Below the pieces are notes generated by a model, which worked only from the letters and a program-made list of their open reading frames with translations, was not told the DNA's origin and made no database searches. A stretch of DNA of 62,906 nucleotides, counting the filler, from Chrysochromulina tobinii (taxonomy: Eukaryota), in assembly GCA_001275005.1 (NCBI GenBank). It is 5 parts of 5 records of this genome, joined end to end, with 100 filler letters (N's around TTAATTAATTAA, not from the genome) between each part and the next. Parts side by side here need not be neighbours in the genome. Positions count along the whole stretch, not along the records: positions 1 to 23,401 come from JWZX01001159.1; 4 more parts are not named here. One strand, written 5' to 3'. Shown here in pieces: positions 1 through 11,100 of the stretch. Every line of letters begins with the position of its first letter. Position 1 is the first letter of the stretch. The position numbers were made by a program, and so were the translations under genes.

Positions 1-2
1 CG

Positions 3-351
3 TACTGGCAGTGGAACGCGCTCGATGCGACAGGGCAGCGAGAGCACCTGTTGCGCGCGCTGCGGAATGCGACGGAGCCGAAGGATCCGAAGGCGGAGAC
101 GGACCCGCGCGTCACCAAGAAGGTCCGCTAGCTCCTCCACAAGTGGGGTCTCGACGAGAGCTCCCTCGATTGCCATTGTTAAGGTCATTAAGGTCATTAA
201 GGTCATTAAGGTCATTAAGGTCTCGACTTGTCTCGACGAGAGCTCCCTCGAGGGCTGCAAGCCGACCGCTTACAACGGCGCGAAGTTTGGGTTGGGCGAC
301 ATCGCGCAGCCTCGAGCCCCGGCAGGCTTCGAGGCGGGTGAAGACCAATAA
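3..351 (+). CDS. 3' end of a hypothetical protein (partial; exons 3-122 and 220-351)
   Basis: Open frame YWQWNALD...RVTKK ends at AAG|GT (123). It resumes after AAG| at 220 with VSTCLDESS...GEDQ-TAA. The intron holds a 9-mer AAGGTCATT array and a copy of downstream exon sequence. Confidence 0.55.
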   Translation, partial: TGSGTRSMRQGSESTCCARCGMRRSRRIRRRRRTRASPRRSASSSTSGVSTRAPSIAIVKVIKVIKVIKVIKVSTCLDESSLEGCKPTAYNGAKFGLGDIAQPRAPAGFEAGEDQ

Positions 352-1660
352 GACCAAGGCCCATGCCAAGGCCGCGCCGAAACCCGAATGCCGCGCTGAG
401 TACAATTAAAATTGATGAGACTAAAAACGAGTACAGCTCGGGACGGCACCTAATCTTGGCGCGCGCCTTGCGCGCCTTTTCGCTTGTCGGGTGTCCGCTT
501 CGGTCCGAGACGCGCCGCTCGACGCATTAAATGGCATTATCATATTTTTAATTATAAAGACTCTTAAAAAGACGGAGGGTCGTCGAACGTTTTACGGACT
601 GCGGCGGTTCGCCCCGGTGCGATCGCCCGACGGGACAACCGCGCGCGACATTTAGTCCGGACACGTCCGGCACGGTGACTGGTCACCGTTAAGACCGAAG
701 TGAAGTAACTGGTCACGCTCGGGAAAGTGCGGGAAACGGTACGTCGAAGTTGCGCGCACTGACCTCGCAGGATTTCGTCATCGGTCCGTATTGCCGGTTA
801 GGCATCCAGGGGTTTCGGTCACCTATTAGGGCTGACGGTGGTAAACCTCCGTACGATGTACTTTCTGACAATGGATCGGATGAGGTTATAGTGGCGACTG
901 GCAACTGGCAAGCACACGCGCGCCGCGCACCCGGTGGACCCGCGCACGCGCGCGGCGGCCACAGGGCGGGACGAGGGAGTAACGAGGGAGGGCCCGGCTT
1001 CCCGTCCACCGACCGGGGACGACACAGAGTGTACGAATAAAAAGCCTGCTACACAAGCCAAAAAGAGCTACACATAGCCTGTTCTATTCTGTTTACGCGG
1101 CTGGACACAGTCGGAGTACAAGCGACAACTGTTCACTCCCCCGACCCGTGAGCCGTGTAAGACCCGTGCGCCATGGCAGTGATCGGCATGACGGACTCGG
1201 CGTGCGTCACCGCCGACAGAAGGTGGGCGGCTCGGCGCCGCCTGCGGGGAGCACGCAGAGATGCGCCGAATAGGTTTCGTCAATGACATCGCGCAGCGGC
1301 ACCGCTAGATAGTGCTGCCGGTAGCTTGCGCTCGGGACGGCGCTCGGTGCGTGGCACGAGACGTTGGAGTGGGCCCAGAAGGCGAGGGGGGGTACCGGGC
1401 GAGGGGATCGAGGAGTCTGAAGTGCGCACACTAAGCCAACGTTAGAAAGCTCTACCGACTGTCTTTAGATGCCCGCTCCAGCTGTACATTCTTTGTATGG
1501 TTGTTGTAGATTAAAACCACACAGTATCTAAGCACGAGGTTGCTTGCTTGACGAAGGGTGTGTGTGTATGACCGAGTGGGCCCTGAAACGAACGACATGA
1601 ACTCGTTCGTGACAGAATACATGCGAACGGGGACCTAAAATAGGAAATTAATCCTTTATC

Positions 1661-4313
1661 GTGTATGAGTGCCAACGGCCAAAGATGGCGCCCCATGAAC
1701 AGGCGGCAATTGCGGGGTATGTTGTTGATCCCCTTGATCCTGAGCATCCAGACTTTGAGGACTTGATCGCCCAGTACAAGCAGGCGTTCGCCGTCTTCGA
1801 CGACGATTCCAGCGGCACCATCACGGCCAGCGAGGTGGGCCTCGTGATGCGGGCCCTCGGACGGAACCCAACAGAGGCAGAACTCGAGTCCATTATCAAG
1901 GAGATTGATTCCAGCAACGACGGCGTGCTCGACTTTGACGAGTTCTGCTTCTGCATGGCCAAGGCGAAGGAAGGGAAGGATGCGCCCCCGGCGGGCGCGT
2001 CGCAGGCGCCTGCGCTGGCGGCGATCGTGAAGGAGAATGGGCTGCTCGGCGACATCAAGAACTTCTTCGTCAAAGACAGAGGCATCAAGAACTTCTTTGC
2101 CAGTCTCCGCGGCCCTTCTGCTGAGGAGATTGCGGCGGCCAAAGCGGCGGCTGAGGCGGCTGCTGTGGCGAAGGCGGAGGCGGCCAAAGCGGCGGAGGCG
2201 GCGGACGCGGTGAGGCAAGCAGAGATGAAGGCGCTGGCGGACGAGGTGGCCACCCGCATCCTCGATGACGCCATGGCGATGGCGGCGAAGGATCAAAAGG
2301 AGGCGCAGGAAGCGGCGGCCGCAGCCGCGGCTGCCTCTCCCCTCGCATCCACCCCCAGGCCGCCGGGGCAGGTGGGGGGGGTGCTCGCCATTGCCAAGGG
2401 TGCGAGCTCGAGGCTCAGGTCACTCTCTTTCTCGCCGCGGGGCGCGAAGACGCCCTGGGGCCCGGTCGCTGAGGCGCCCGGCGCCGCGGCGCTTGTCGTC
2501 ACTGCGCCCGTCGCTGCGGCGCCCGTCGTCGCGGCGCCCGTTGCCGCGGCGCCCGTTCTGACGGCGCCACCCGTAGCCCCTTCTTCGATCTCATCCTCCG
2601 ATCCGCGTACCGTCGCGAGATCGCGCCAGATGACCTTCGACAAAGCCCCGGGGGCCAAGATGGGCGTGCGCTTCAAGGAGGGCAAGCGCGGCGCGATCTT
2701 GATCAACGAGATCGCGCCGGGCAGCCCCCTGGCACGCTTCGCGAGCAAGGGTGACCAACTCCTCTCCATCAACGGGGAGGCATGCAACCAAGGGTACGCA
2801 AAATTCGCCCAGACCTTCGACGCCGCGACAGGCCAAGTGCAGCTCGTCGTCCAGCCGAAAGTGCCTACATCACTGTGGAAACTCCTCTTCGGTAAGAAGA
2901 CGTCGAGCGGACGCCTTCGACCACTGGAGATCGAAGCCAGCGGCGTCGTCAGCGGCGTCGTCAGCGATGTCCCGCTGGAGCAGCAGCTCACGGCTAAGCT
3001 CACGGCGGCCGCCATATCCGATGCCAACGAGCTGCCCGGCGCGCCTGCCGTCGCTGCGACCGAGGTCATTAAGGTCATTCATGCTCCTCCTACCGAAGCT
3101 CCTACCGCGCCTACCGTCGCTGAGCCTGAGGCAGCCAATCGGATGGCGGCTCCACAGGCGCCTCCTGAGCCAGCTGCAATCTCGGCTGCAATCTCGGCTG
3201 CAGCGGCTCCACAGGCGCCTGAGCCAGCTGCAATCTCGGCTGCAATCTCGGCTGCAGCGGCTCCGGCGGCGCGTGAACTGCTCACTACGGCGCGCGAGTC
3301 GCTGAATGAGTTGCCTCCGCAGCGAAAGTCTGCTGCCGTCGGTCCGCCTCCTCCTCCTCCGCCTCCACCTCCGCCTCCACCGCGGCGCACGGCACCTACC
3401 GTGGCGCTTATGGAGCCGCCCCAACCATCGCCCCAACCATCAGTGGAAGCTTCCACTCCAATTGCCGAGGCGTTTCGTGGGGCGCTCGAGGCGGCGCCGG
3501 TGCTCTCTGGCCCCGGCCCTGCGCTATGGGCCGCTATGAAGGCAGAAGCTGACGAAGCCGCGGAAGCGGGCCTGAAAGTTGCCCGAGCTTCGGACACAGA
3601 TGCAATCTCAGATGCAATCTCAGATGCCCGAGCTTCGGACACAGATGCAATCTCAGATGCAATCTCAGATGCAATCTCAGATGCCCGAGCTTCGGACGCA
3701 GATGCCAAGATCATCTTCGCTGCTGCGATGCTTGCAGAGGTAGCAGAAGAAGAAGAGGCAGGGGCGCGGGAAGAGGACCAGCAAGAGGCGGCGCGGTATG
3801 AGCACGAGGGGCGTGCGCCCCAAACGCCCACCAAACGTGCGCACCAAACGGCCGGGCAGGCGCCGTCCCGGGCTCTCCAATTCCCGACGCCCCCCAGCCC
3901 CCCTTCCCCCCAGCCCCCCCTTCGCTGCAGCCGAGCACGGCAGCACGTCGTACGTCGGCGAGCGCAAGAGGGGCAAAAAGGACGGGTACGGTACGGAGCG
4001 CTTTGCCGACGGCTCCACGTACGAGGGCCAGTGGAGGGACGGGCTTGCCGAGGGACGTGGAACGTACCGGTTCGCCGACGGCGCCACCTACGAGGGCGAG
4101 TATAAGGCTGGGCAGAGGGAGGGGAGCGGCATGTACACGTTTGCCGACGGTGCCGTCTACGAGGGCAAATGGAAGGCCGGTAAGATGGAGGGGCGGCTCG
4201 CCTTGGCGCATGCGTTGGCGATGCCGTGCCTTGCGTTCCCATGCCTCGACGGGGAGCGTCGAGATGGGCGCGGCGTGGACCGGTTTGGCGACGGAGCAGT
4301 CTGGCAGTTGTGA
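1661..4313 (+). CDS. Multidomain protein: calmodulin-like EF-hand pair, PDZ domain, Ala/Pro-rich linker, C-terminal MORN repeats (one intron from ~3796 to 3913 or 3943)
   Basis: EF loops DDDSSGTITASE and DSSNDGVLDFDE. PDZ-like KMGVRF...INEIAPGSP...GDQLLSING. MORN repeats (YEGQW..G..EGRG.YRFADG) lie in the next frame and are joinable by a GT at 3796 and a frame-compatible AG. Confidence 0.75.
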
Positions 4314-4441
4314 CGTGGCGCGTCGAGACGGGCGCGGCGTGGACCGGTTTGGCGACGGAGCGGTCTGGCAGTTGTGACGTGGCGCGTGGAGATGGGCGCG
4401 GCGTGGACCGGTTTGGCGACGGAGCGGTCTGGCAGTTGTGA
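4261..4441 (+). repeat. 64-nt tandem triplication covering the last MORN-like unit and the stop codon
   Basis: GATGGGCGCGGCGTGGACCGGTTTGGCGACGGAGC.GTCTGGCAGTTGTGA occurs three times, with stops ending at 4313, 4377 and 4441. Confidence 0.9.
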
Positions 4442-4910
4442 ACTCATGTGCCAAGCGCGCGGAGATGTGCTGGGGCTGTGAGAGCCCAATAGCTTGTTAA
4501 GCTTGTGCTCTCTATGGGACGACGGGCGCACAGTGACTGCCGGTGTCCGGTGAGCGGTGACGGTTAGTTACCGTGTTCTGACCGTACCAGTGGTCGGGAC
4601 TCGGGTGACCATCAGTCGGGTTGGTTACTCGAGGGCTGGTCAAGATAAAGCTGCGGCCTCTAAAAGGAAGGCCGGTAAGATCAAACATGGCTCAAGCCAC
4701 GGTCAGTGCCCAGCCAGGGGGTCGGCGGGGATGTTTTTTGAGTGTGACGTTGAGTGGTGAGTGAATGTTTGTGTTATTTTCCGGCGGCGTTGGGATTCGG
4801 GAGAGCGGAGGTGAGAACATGGCGAAATAGCGGGAAACAATCGCCCTTTTTGGGACATGTACTGAGCTGACCTTTTCTCAGGATGGCGGTCGTGCTGACC
4901 TTTTCACTCG

Positions 4911-5732
4911 ATGGCTGTCCTCACGCTCCGAGTGGCCCTCGCCCTCGCGTTCTCGCGACCTCGACCTGCGATTCGCATGGCAGCAGCATCCGATTCATTT
5001 CCCAAGCTTGCTGATGAACTGCCTTTCTTGCAGAGCGCAGAGCTGTTGACCGACGACATCATCTATCGTGGTTTTGGGGCGCAGTACAAAGGTCGCCAGG
5101 CGTACGCAGCGGCCGCGGCGGCATGGAAGCGCGAGCTGCCGGCGCGGCTCCGCGACTTTGTGGTGAGTGATAAGGTGGCGCTCCCGGCCGATGGCCGAGG
5201 GTACATCACGAGCCGGTACAAGGTCTCCTTCCTCGCACCAGTGCCGTTGCAGGTGCTGCCAGCGCAGCGCGCGCGTATCGAGCAAGCCAACCTGACGCGC
5301 ACTGCGGACGGATTGGTCCCGGTCGAGGCGAAGATTGCGTGCACGCTGCGTCTCGATGCGATGGGCAGAGTCGCCGAGTGCAGCGAGTACTTGACGATCG
5401 ACCCCTTTGCCGTGACGGCGACGATTGCCCACTTTGAGCTGTGCTACCACCGAAGCCTCGCCGCCGACGGAGGCGGCACTTCTCCTCTGGACGCGGCGCG
5501 CGCTTACTGGGCAGCCTTGCGCGAGCTGACGCGTCGCGAGCTCGAGGAGGTCAAGCGGCTTGCGGACTCGGGCGATGACGAGCTGCGCGCGATCGCGGGG
5601 GGCGATCTGACTGATGACGAGTTTGAGCGGTGGTTCGCTCTGTTCGTGGCGCGCAACTTCCTCATCGGGGGCGCGATCGGGGCGGTGGCGGTGGCAGCAC
5701 TAAGGTTGGCAGTGGGCGTGGTGCAGCAGTAA
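4911..5732 (+). CDS. Hypothetical protein, probably plastid-targeted, with C-terminal membrane helix (SnoaL/DUF2358-like fold possible)
   Basis: 273-aa intronless ORF. Signal-like N-terminus MAVLTLRVALALA-FSRPRPAIRM resembles a bipartite leader. Hydrophobic C-terminus FLIGGAIGAVAVAALRLAVGVV. Confidence 0.65.
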   Translation: MAVLTLRVALALAFSRPRPAIRMAAASDSFPKLADELPFLQSAELLTDDIIYRGFGAQYKGRQAYAAAAAAWKRELPARLRDFVVSDKVALPADGRGYITSRYKVSFLAPVPLQVLPAQRARIEQANLTRTADGLVPVEAKIACTLRLDAMGRVAECSEYLTIDPFAVTATIAHFELCYHRSLAADGGGTSPLDAARAYWAALRELTRRELEEVKRLADSGDDELRAIAGGDLTDDEFERWFALFVARNFLIGGAIGAVAVAALRLAVGVVQQ

Positions 5733-6087
5733 CACAGCAAGAGTCTATGACCTCGGACAAAAAAAATTAATCAAACTTGAAAATGGATAAAGGTAACCGC
5801 CAAGCGCCAACGCCAGAGCCCACGAAGGGAACGCCAGAGCCCAAACGCAACGCTCCCCGACGCCACGGCCCAGCGCCGCCGAACGAAAGCGCCGAAAATG
5901 AAGGGTGCCAAAGACGCCAAGGCCCAAGCCGCAAGCGCATCACGCCACGCAAACCGTTAGAGTGCATGTATCTTGTCAGTTGAAAGCAGATGCACGGCCG
6001 CGGGCGGGTTTTCGGGCGGGGTCGTCCTTCGAGCTATAGAGCCCTTCCAGTAACGAATCCCAGATCGTCACGCGAGCTCACGCGAGC

Positions 6088-8724
6088 TCACGCGAGCTCG
6101 AGCTGCTGCTGCATCCACGCGATCGCCGCAGCCCATTCGGCGGGTGAGAAGGTCGAGGGGTCTTCATTATGGGCGTCGCGTGGCCGCCCACGCAGCTGGA
6201 TCACCTGTGCAATCAGGCGCAATCAGACGCAATCAAGAGGCAATCAGGAGGCCATCAGAGGGGCCATCAGAGGCCAATCAGAGGCCAATAGAGGCCACTC
6301 AGAGGCGATCACCTCCGTGCCCTCGAGATTGCCATCTCGCTCGAGAGCGTAGACCAGACCTGTGGGGAGAGGCGCCGTGGTGAGCGCTTGCGTGCAGAGG
6401 CTCCATCGAGAATGCCATCTCGCTCGAGAGCGTAGCCCAGACCTGCCCGCAATCAGTCGCAATCAGTCGCAATCAGTCGCAATCAGTCGCAATCGATCGC
6501 AATCAGCGTAGCCCAGACCTGCCCGCCCGATGATTCGATCGCAATCAGTCGCAATCAGTCGCAATCAGTCGCAATCAGTCGCAATCGATCGCAATCGGTC
6601 GCAATCAGTCGCAATCAGACCTGCCCGCCCGATGATTCGATCGCTCGGATGGAACACGATGCATTTACGACCGGATGCGAGAGTACGCCAATGACGCGCC
6701 GTCTCGAGCGGCGCGCGCCATGGCGGTGAGTTGAACGCGAGGCTGAGCGTCGCGCGCACCTGATGAGGGGCGCAATCAGACGTAATCAGAGGTCATCAGC
6801 TGCAATCAGAAGGTCATCGCACCTGAGGAGGGGCGCAATCAGACGTCATCAGAGGTCATCGGCTGTAATCAGAAAGTCATCGCACCTGAGGAGGGGCGCA
6901 ATCAGACGCCATCAGAGGTCATCGGCTGTAATCAGAAAGTCATCGCACCTGAGGAGGGGCGCAATCAGACGTCATCAGACATCCTCATAAGTAATCAGTT
7001 GCCATCCATTGCAATCAGCGTACCAGCCGGCGCACGAGCGGTCGGTCAGGCAGACCGAGCATGGCCCCCAAGACGCAGACAGACACGTCACTCAGAGAGC
7101 TAAACGAGCGCAAGTTGACGCACGGGTACTGTGGGAAATAGGTGGCCGCAACCTCGGCGGCCACTCCTCCACCCATCGACTGTGGGGAGAGGGACGCAAG
7201 CAGATGTGATCAGTGAATTCGCATTCATTCGAAATCAGCCGCAATCGATCGCAATCAGCATTGATCAATCGCAATCAGCCGCAATCAATCAGTCGCAATC
7301 AGTCGCAATCAGTCGCAATCGGTCGCAATCAGTCGCAATCAGTCGCAATCAGTCGCAATCGGTCGCAATCAGTCGCAATCAGCCGCAATCAGTCGCAATC
7401 AGTCGCAATCAGCCGCAATCAGCCGCAATCAGCCGCAATCAGTCGCAATCAGCCGCAATCAGCCGCAATCAGTCGCAATCAGCACGGTCACCTGACCCAG
7501 CAGCAATCAGTCGCAATCAGCCGCAATCAGCCGCAATCAGCCGCAATCAGCATGGTCACCTGACCCAGCAGCAGAATGCAACGGCTCGGCTCAGTCCCCG
7601 CCGCGAGCCTTCCCTCGCAGTAACGAACGCAACGTGCACCGTCCTCGACCATGCCACTCGCACCAAGCAGGAGTCCCCCCGATCGGCCCACGTCACGGTA
7701 GTCGTAGGCAATCACCGAGCAACCCACCTGATGAGGGAGGCAATCAGAGGGCCATCGGAGGCCATCAGGGAGGCACTCAGAGGTAACTCAGAGGCACTCA
7801 TCAGAAGCAATAATCAGAGGCAATCATCAGCACTCATCATCAGCACTCATCATCAGCACTCATCAGAGGCAATCAGTCGCAATCAGTCGCAATCAGAACC
7901 TCAAGCGCGAGCTGCAGCTTCGACCCAAAGCCGCACTCGAGGAACTCGCCGTTGCCACCAAACGTGACAATCCACTTGCCGCTCGCGCGAGGATGCTCGA
8001 TGGCGGCGGCGTCGATGTGACCCAATCGCAGCCGCGTCACCTGGAATTGCGTCCCTGATAAGGCCATGGCGCACGCCTCGCCGGGCGCCATGGCGGCGAG
8101 CGTCCGGTCGATGGTGACGCCACTCCTCGTCACTTTCGAGATGATGAGGGCGGGCATGAGCAAGCCCACGCGCACGATCGTCCACACGAGGCGCAGCGCG
8201 AGCAGCAGCACGGCGGTGTGGCACGCGTACGACGTGTGTGCCGACGCGTTGAGGGGGCCGAGCACCACAGCGCTCGAGGCGGCACTCAGGAGCACCGTGA
8301 TGGCGGTGGCCGGACTGATCGGGTGCAGCGTGGGAGGCCACCCGAGCTTTCCGACCAATGACACGCCCACAACGAGCGCGCCACACGGCGTCGAGACCGT
8401 GATGCCGGTCAGGATGAGGCCGGTGTAAGTGGAGCAGCAGCAGCCGAGGAGCGGCGCGGAGCACGCGACGCCAAACGCGAGCATGCGCACGTGCGTGGTG
8501 GAGGTGTAGCTGCCAACGAGCCGACTGGCGCTGCCAACGAGCCACGAGATGAAGCTGAGGGTCCCCTCGACGGCAAGGAACGCAACTAAAAGGGTGCTCA
8601 TGAAGTCTGCGGGTGCGTTCACGCCCTTGCTCTCTTCAGCCTTCGCACTGTGAATGGTATTGAAGGTCAAACTTGGGGAGCTCCTGCGTGCCAAGTCCAT
8701 GAAGGTCGCCCGAGAGTTAACCAT
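6088..8724 (-). CDS. Membrane-anchored alpha/beta hydrolase (ABHD/BEM46-like); introns 7728-7899, 7180-7559, 6760-7023, 6360-6620, 6205-6312
   Basis: Spliced product contains FGGNGE, AYDYRDVGRS, the nucleophile elbow GQ|SMGG across an intron, Asp in HPSDRII and His in DAHNE. N-terminal TM helices present. All introns are GT-AG and phase-compatible. Start codon uncertain. Confidence 0.8.
7232..7550 (-). repeat. Intronic decamer array (CTGATTGCG[A/G])n, about 30 copies
   Basis: Read directly as GCAATCAGTC/GCAATCAGCC repeats on the + strand. Confidence 0.95.
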
Positions 8725-9325
8725 ACCGTGGAGCTCACCAGCCCCGGCATGCCCCGGGTGGCTAAGCCGGGACTGGGGGACTGGGGAAGCCAGTGGGGTA
8801 GCGGGTTGCGCTAGCGCTATGAGCGCTACTGACAACTGACTACCTCTGCGTACCAGGGACCTGGCTACGTAGTACTTAGCGTAGCTCCGCGAAATATGTC
8901 CGCTGCACGCGGCGCAAAGCGTAAGCGATCCTGAGGCTGAGCGTTAGCTGAGCGCAATTGGCTGAGCGATCAGCGAACGAGGGACCGATATCGCGGGTTT
9001 CGTTTATTTGATTGAAGAGTCCATCTGTACTGACGATGTGTTGTGAGTTTTTTCGTGTCCGGACTGGTGTGGCGCGATGTGGCGTGTTATTTACTTACTT
9101 ACACGACCCGGTGGCGCGACTTAAAAACGGTAAAACGCAACCTCCTCTGAGGCGCGTCACGGTGCACACTCTAGATACGGCATGGGCCGAGAATCTCGCA
9201 GCCAGAGCCAGAGCGCTAAGTCAATCTATAGGAAAGTCGCCGCTCTCTGAGACTATCTCTGCAGTCGCGCATGCGTCGTAGGACGTTGCCCGGCTGTCGT
9301 GCTGATGACGTGGCACGTGCCATCA

Positions 9326-9829
9326 TCATGAACGGCTCAGGTAGGCTTCGCTCTCTCCCACGGTGATGAGCAGCTCGCGTTTTGTCGCCGCGATGAGCAG
9401 CATCCTCTGCTGCTGCAGCTCCACCTGCTGCGCGAGGCGCCGGCACTGCCCCTTGCTCTCGGAGAGCTCTTCCTGTAGACGCTGCAGCAGCTTGGCGTCC
9501 GACTTGGAGCGGCCGACGCGAGGGCCGGTGGTACTCGGGGCGGGCGGCGTACGCAGCACGAATCCCGCCTCCGCCACCGTCGCGCCGCTCGCGACGAGCT
9601 GCTCCCGCGCCGCAGCAAGCAGGCGGCCCATCAACTGCAGCTCGAGGCGGAGCTGCTCGACGGACTCCTGCAGACGCTCCTGGCGCTCGCGTTCCGTCTG
9701 CAGCTCCTTCTGCAGCCCACTCACCGTCATCGTGGGCCCCGTCGCGCGCTTGTTCGCGTCCGGCAGCAGCGTCGTCGCCGCGCGCTTCTGACCCGCAGCG
9801 AGCTGCGTCGAGGCCGACATCGATGCCAA
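9326..9829 (-). CDS. Small coiled-coil hypothetical protein
   Basis: 167-aa ORF with GC3-biased codons and two heptad-rich segments (LQKELQTERERQERL, LLQRLQEELSESK). Confidence 0.6.
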   Translation of the reverse strand: MASMSASTQLAAGQKRAATTLLPDANKRATGPTMTVSGLQKELQTERERQERLQESVEQLRLELQLMGRLLAAAREQLVASGATVAEAGFVLRTPPAPSTTGPRVGRSKSDAKLLQRLQEELSESKGQCRRLAQQVELQQQRMLLIAATKRELLITVGESEAYLSRS

Positions 9830-10011
9830 GTTCCTGAGCGCTGTTTCGAGCGACGCATTGAAAGCGCAAAAGAGAGAGTTAGTTAATTTGGTGACCGGGA
9901 GGGGGCTGTCATGGTTGGAAGGTGGGGTTGACGGCTGAGGACGTTACACAAAGATTCCTTGTAGTCCCGGAAAGTCACACGGAACAGGCGCAGCCGACGA
10001 ATCGCTCGTCC

Positions 10012-10522
10012 ATGTCCTCGCAGACGAAAGAGATCGTGACCGAGCGGACCGACGCAGCGCGGTCCGTCCACCGGCCCGGAGAGGAGAGCTCGAAGCTCAA
10101 GCCGGGCAGTTGCGAAGAGCTCGGCAAGGCGTCCGTCAAGGTGCGCCCACGCCTCGTGCGCTGCGTGCGCCGCTGCAGCCATGCATCCGATTCTGCGATG
10201 GGCTTCACACCGATTGTGAAGCCCACTGCACGAAGGATTTGGCGTCTCGGGCCACCAGCTGGCTGCAGCGGATGCTCCGTGGGCGGCAACCCTGCCTTCT
10301 GGATGGCGACTCCGTTGCCGTGCGGATGGCGTCTCCAATCCCGCGCCCCAATCCCGCGGCCGATCTGATCGGAAGCCGCGTGCGTGCCCGCAGTGCATCG
10401 AGAAACATGGCTACAATCGCTCCGCGCCCGAATGCCTGGTCCATTTCGATGCGTACAAGGAATGCCGCAAGAAGGAGACTGCGAGCAGGCAAGGGCTCAA
10501 GTCATTCTTCGGGTCGGGTTAG
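10012..10522 (+). CDS. COX23: Twin Cx9C mitochondrial intermembrane-space protein, COX23/CHCHD7-like (exons 10012-10140, 10394-10522; 85 aa)
   Basis: Splicing AAG|GT(10141)...CAG(10393)|TGC gives CEELGKASVK|CIEKHGYNRSAPECLVHFDAYKECRKKE. This has two Cx9C motifs and the FDAYxEC signature of Cox23. Not present in the ORF track. Confidence 0.8.
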
Positions 10523-11100
10523 AGCGCAGCCTAATTACGTTAACTTTGAGTTCCACCGGTAAGGAAGGCTGGTAATTTTATTCCTTCACATTGGTTAATG
10601 TTAACCACCGCCCGAGACAAAGACCTCGGGGGCGCCCGTCGCTCCAAGTCGCTCCGGTCAATGCCCCCCCGGGTCATCGGCACCAGCGTGAGCGAGCGGA
10701 GTACCCCCGGCGTGCTCGCGTCTTTCAGTCCAGTGCATGGTCCAGTGCAATGCAGTGCTGGCGGCTGCGGGTGGGCGCAGCGAGGTTTTCGGTCTCGCTG
10801 GCCGTTCTCAGCTGTGTTGAAACGCTCCCTACTTGTAGCGCGAAAACCAACTGTGAGAAGTGAGACGGTTACACGAGACGGCGCTTGTGAGACGTGATAG
10901 AAGAGAGCTGCAGAGAGCGCGCCCCCAAAATGTCGCGACTCACATGAGCCGGTGTCGTTTCGTTTCCGAAGACATGTTTGGATGTTTGGGACCTCTTGCA
11001 CGCTTTCGGCCACAGACGGTCCGAGGGCCCGGGGGCGCTTGGCCGGCGCGCGGCGAGCGACGCCCGAGCCGCGCAGCAGCTGCGTCAGTCCACGTCGAGT

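Noticed and set aside
672..689. Hairpin ACGGTGAC-TG-GTCACCGT and weak similarity to 4530-4610 as transposon ends
   Set aside because: Short and imperfect, with no target-site duplication or transposase.
7131..7967. ORFs such as [20 protein letters not shown] and SLIASLIA repeats (also 20612-21261, 23060-23391)
   Set aside because: They are translations of intronic repeat arrays of genes on the opposite or same strand.
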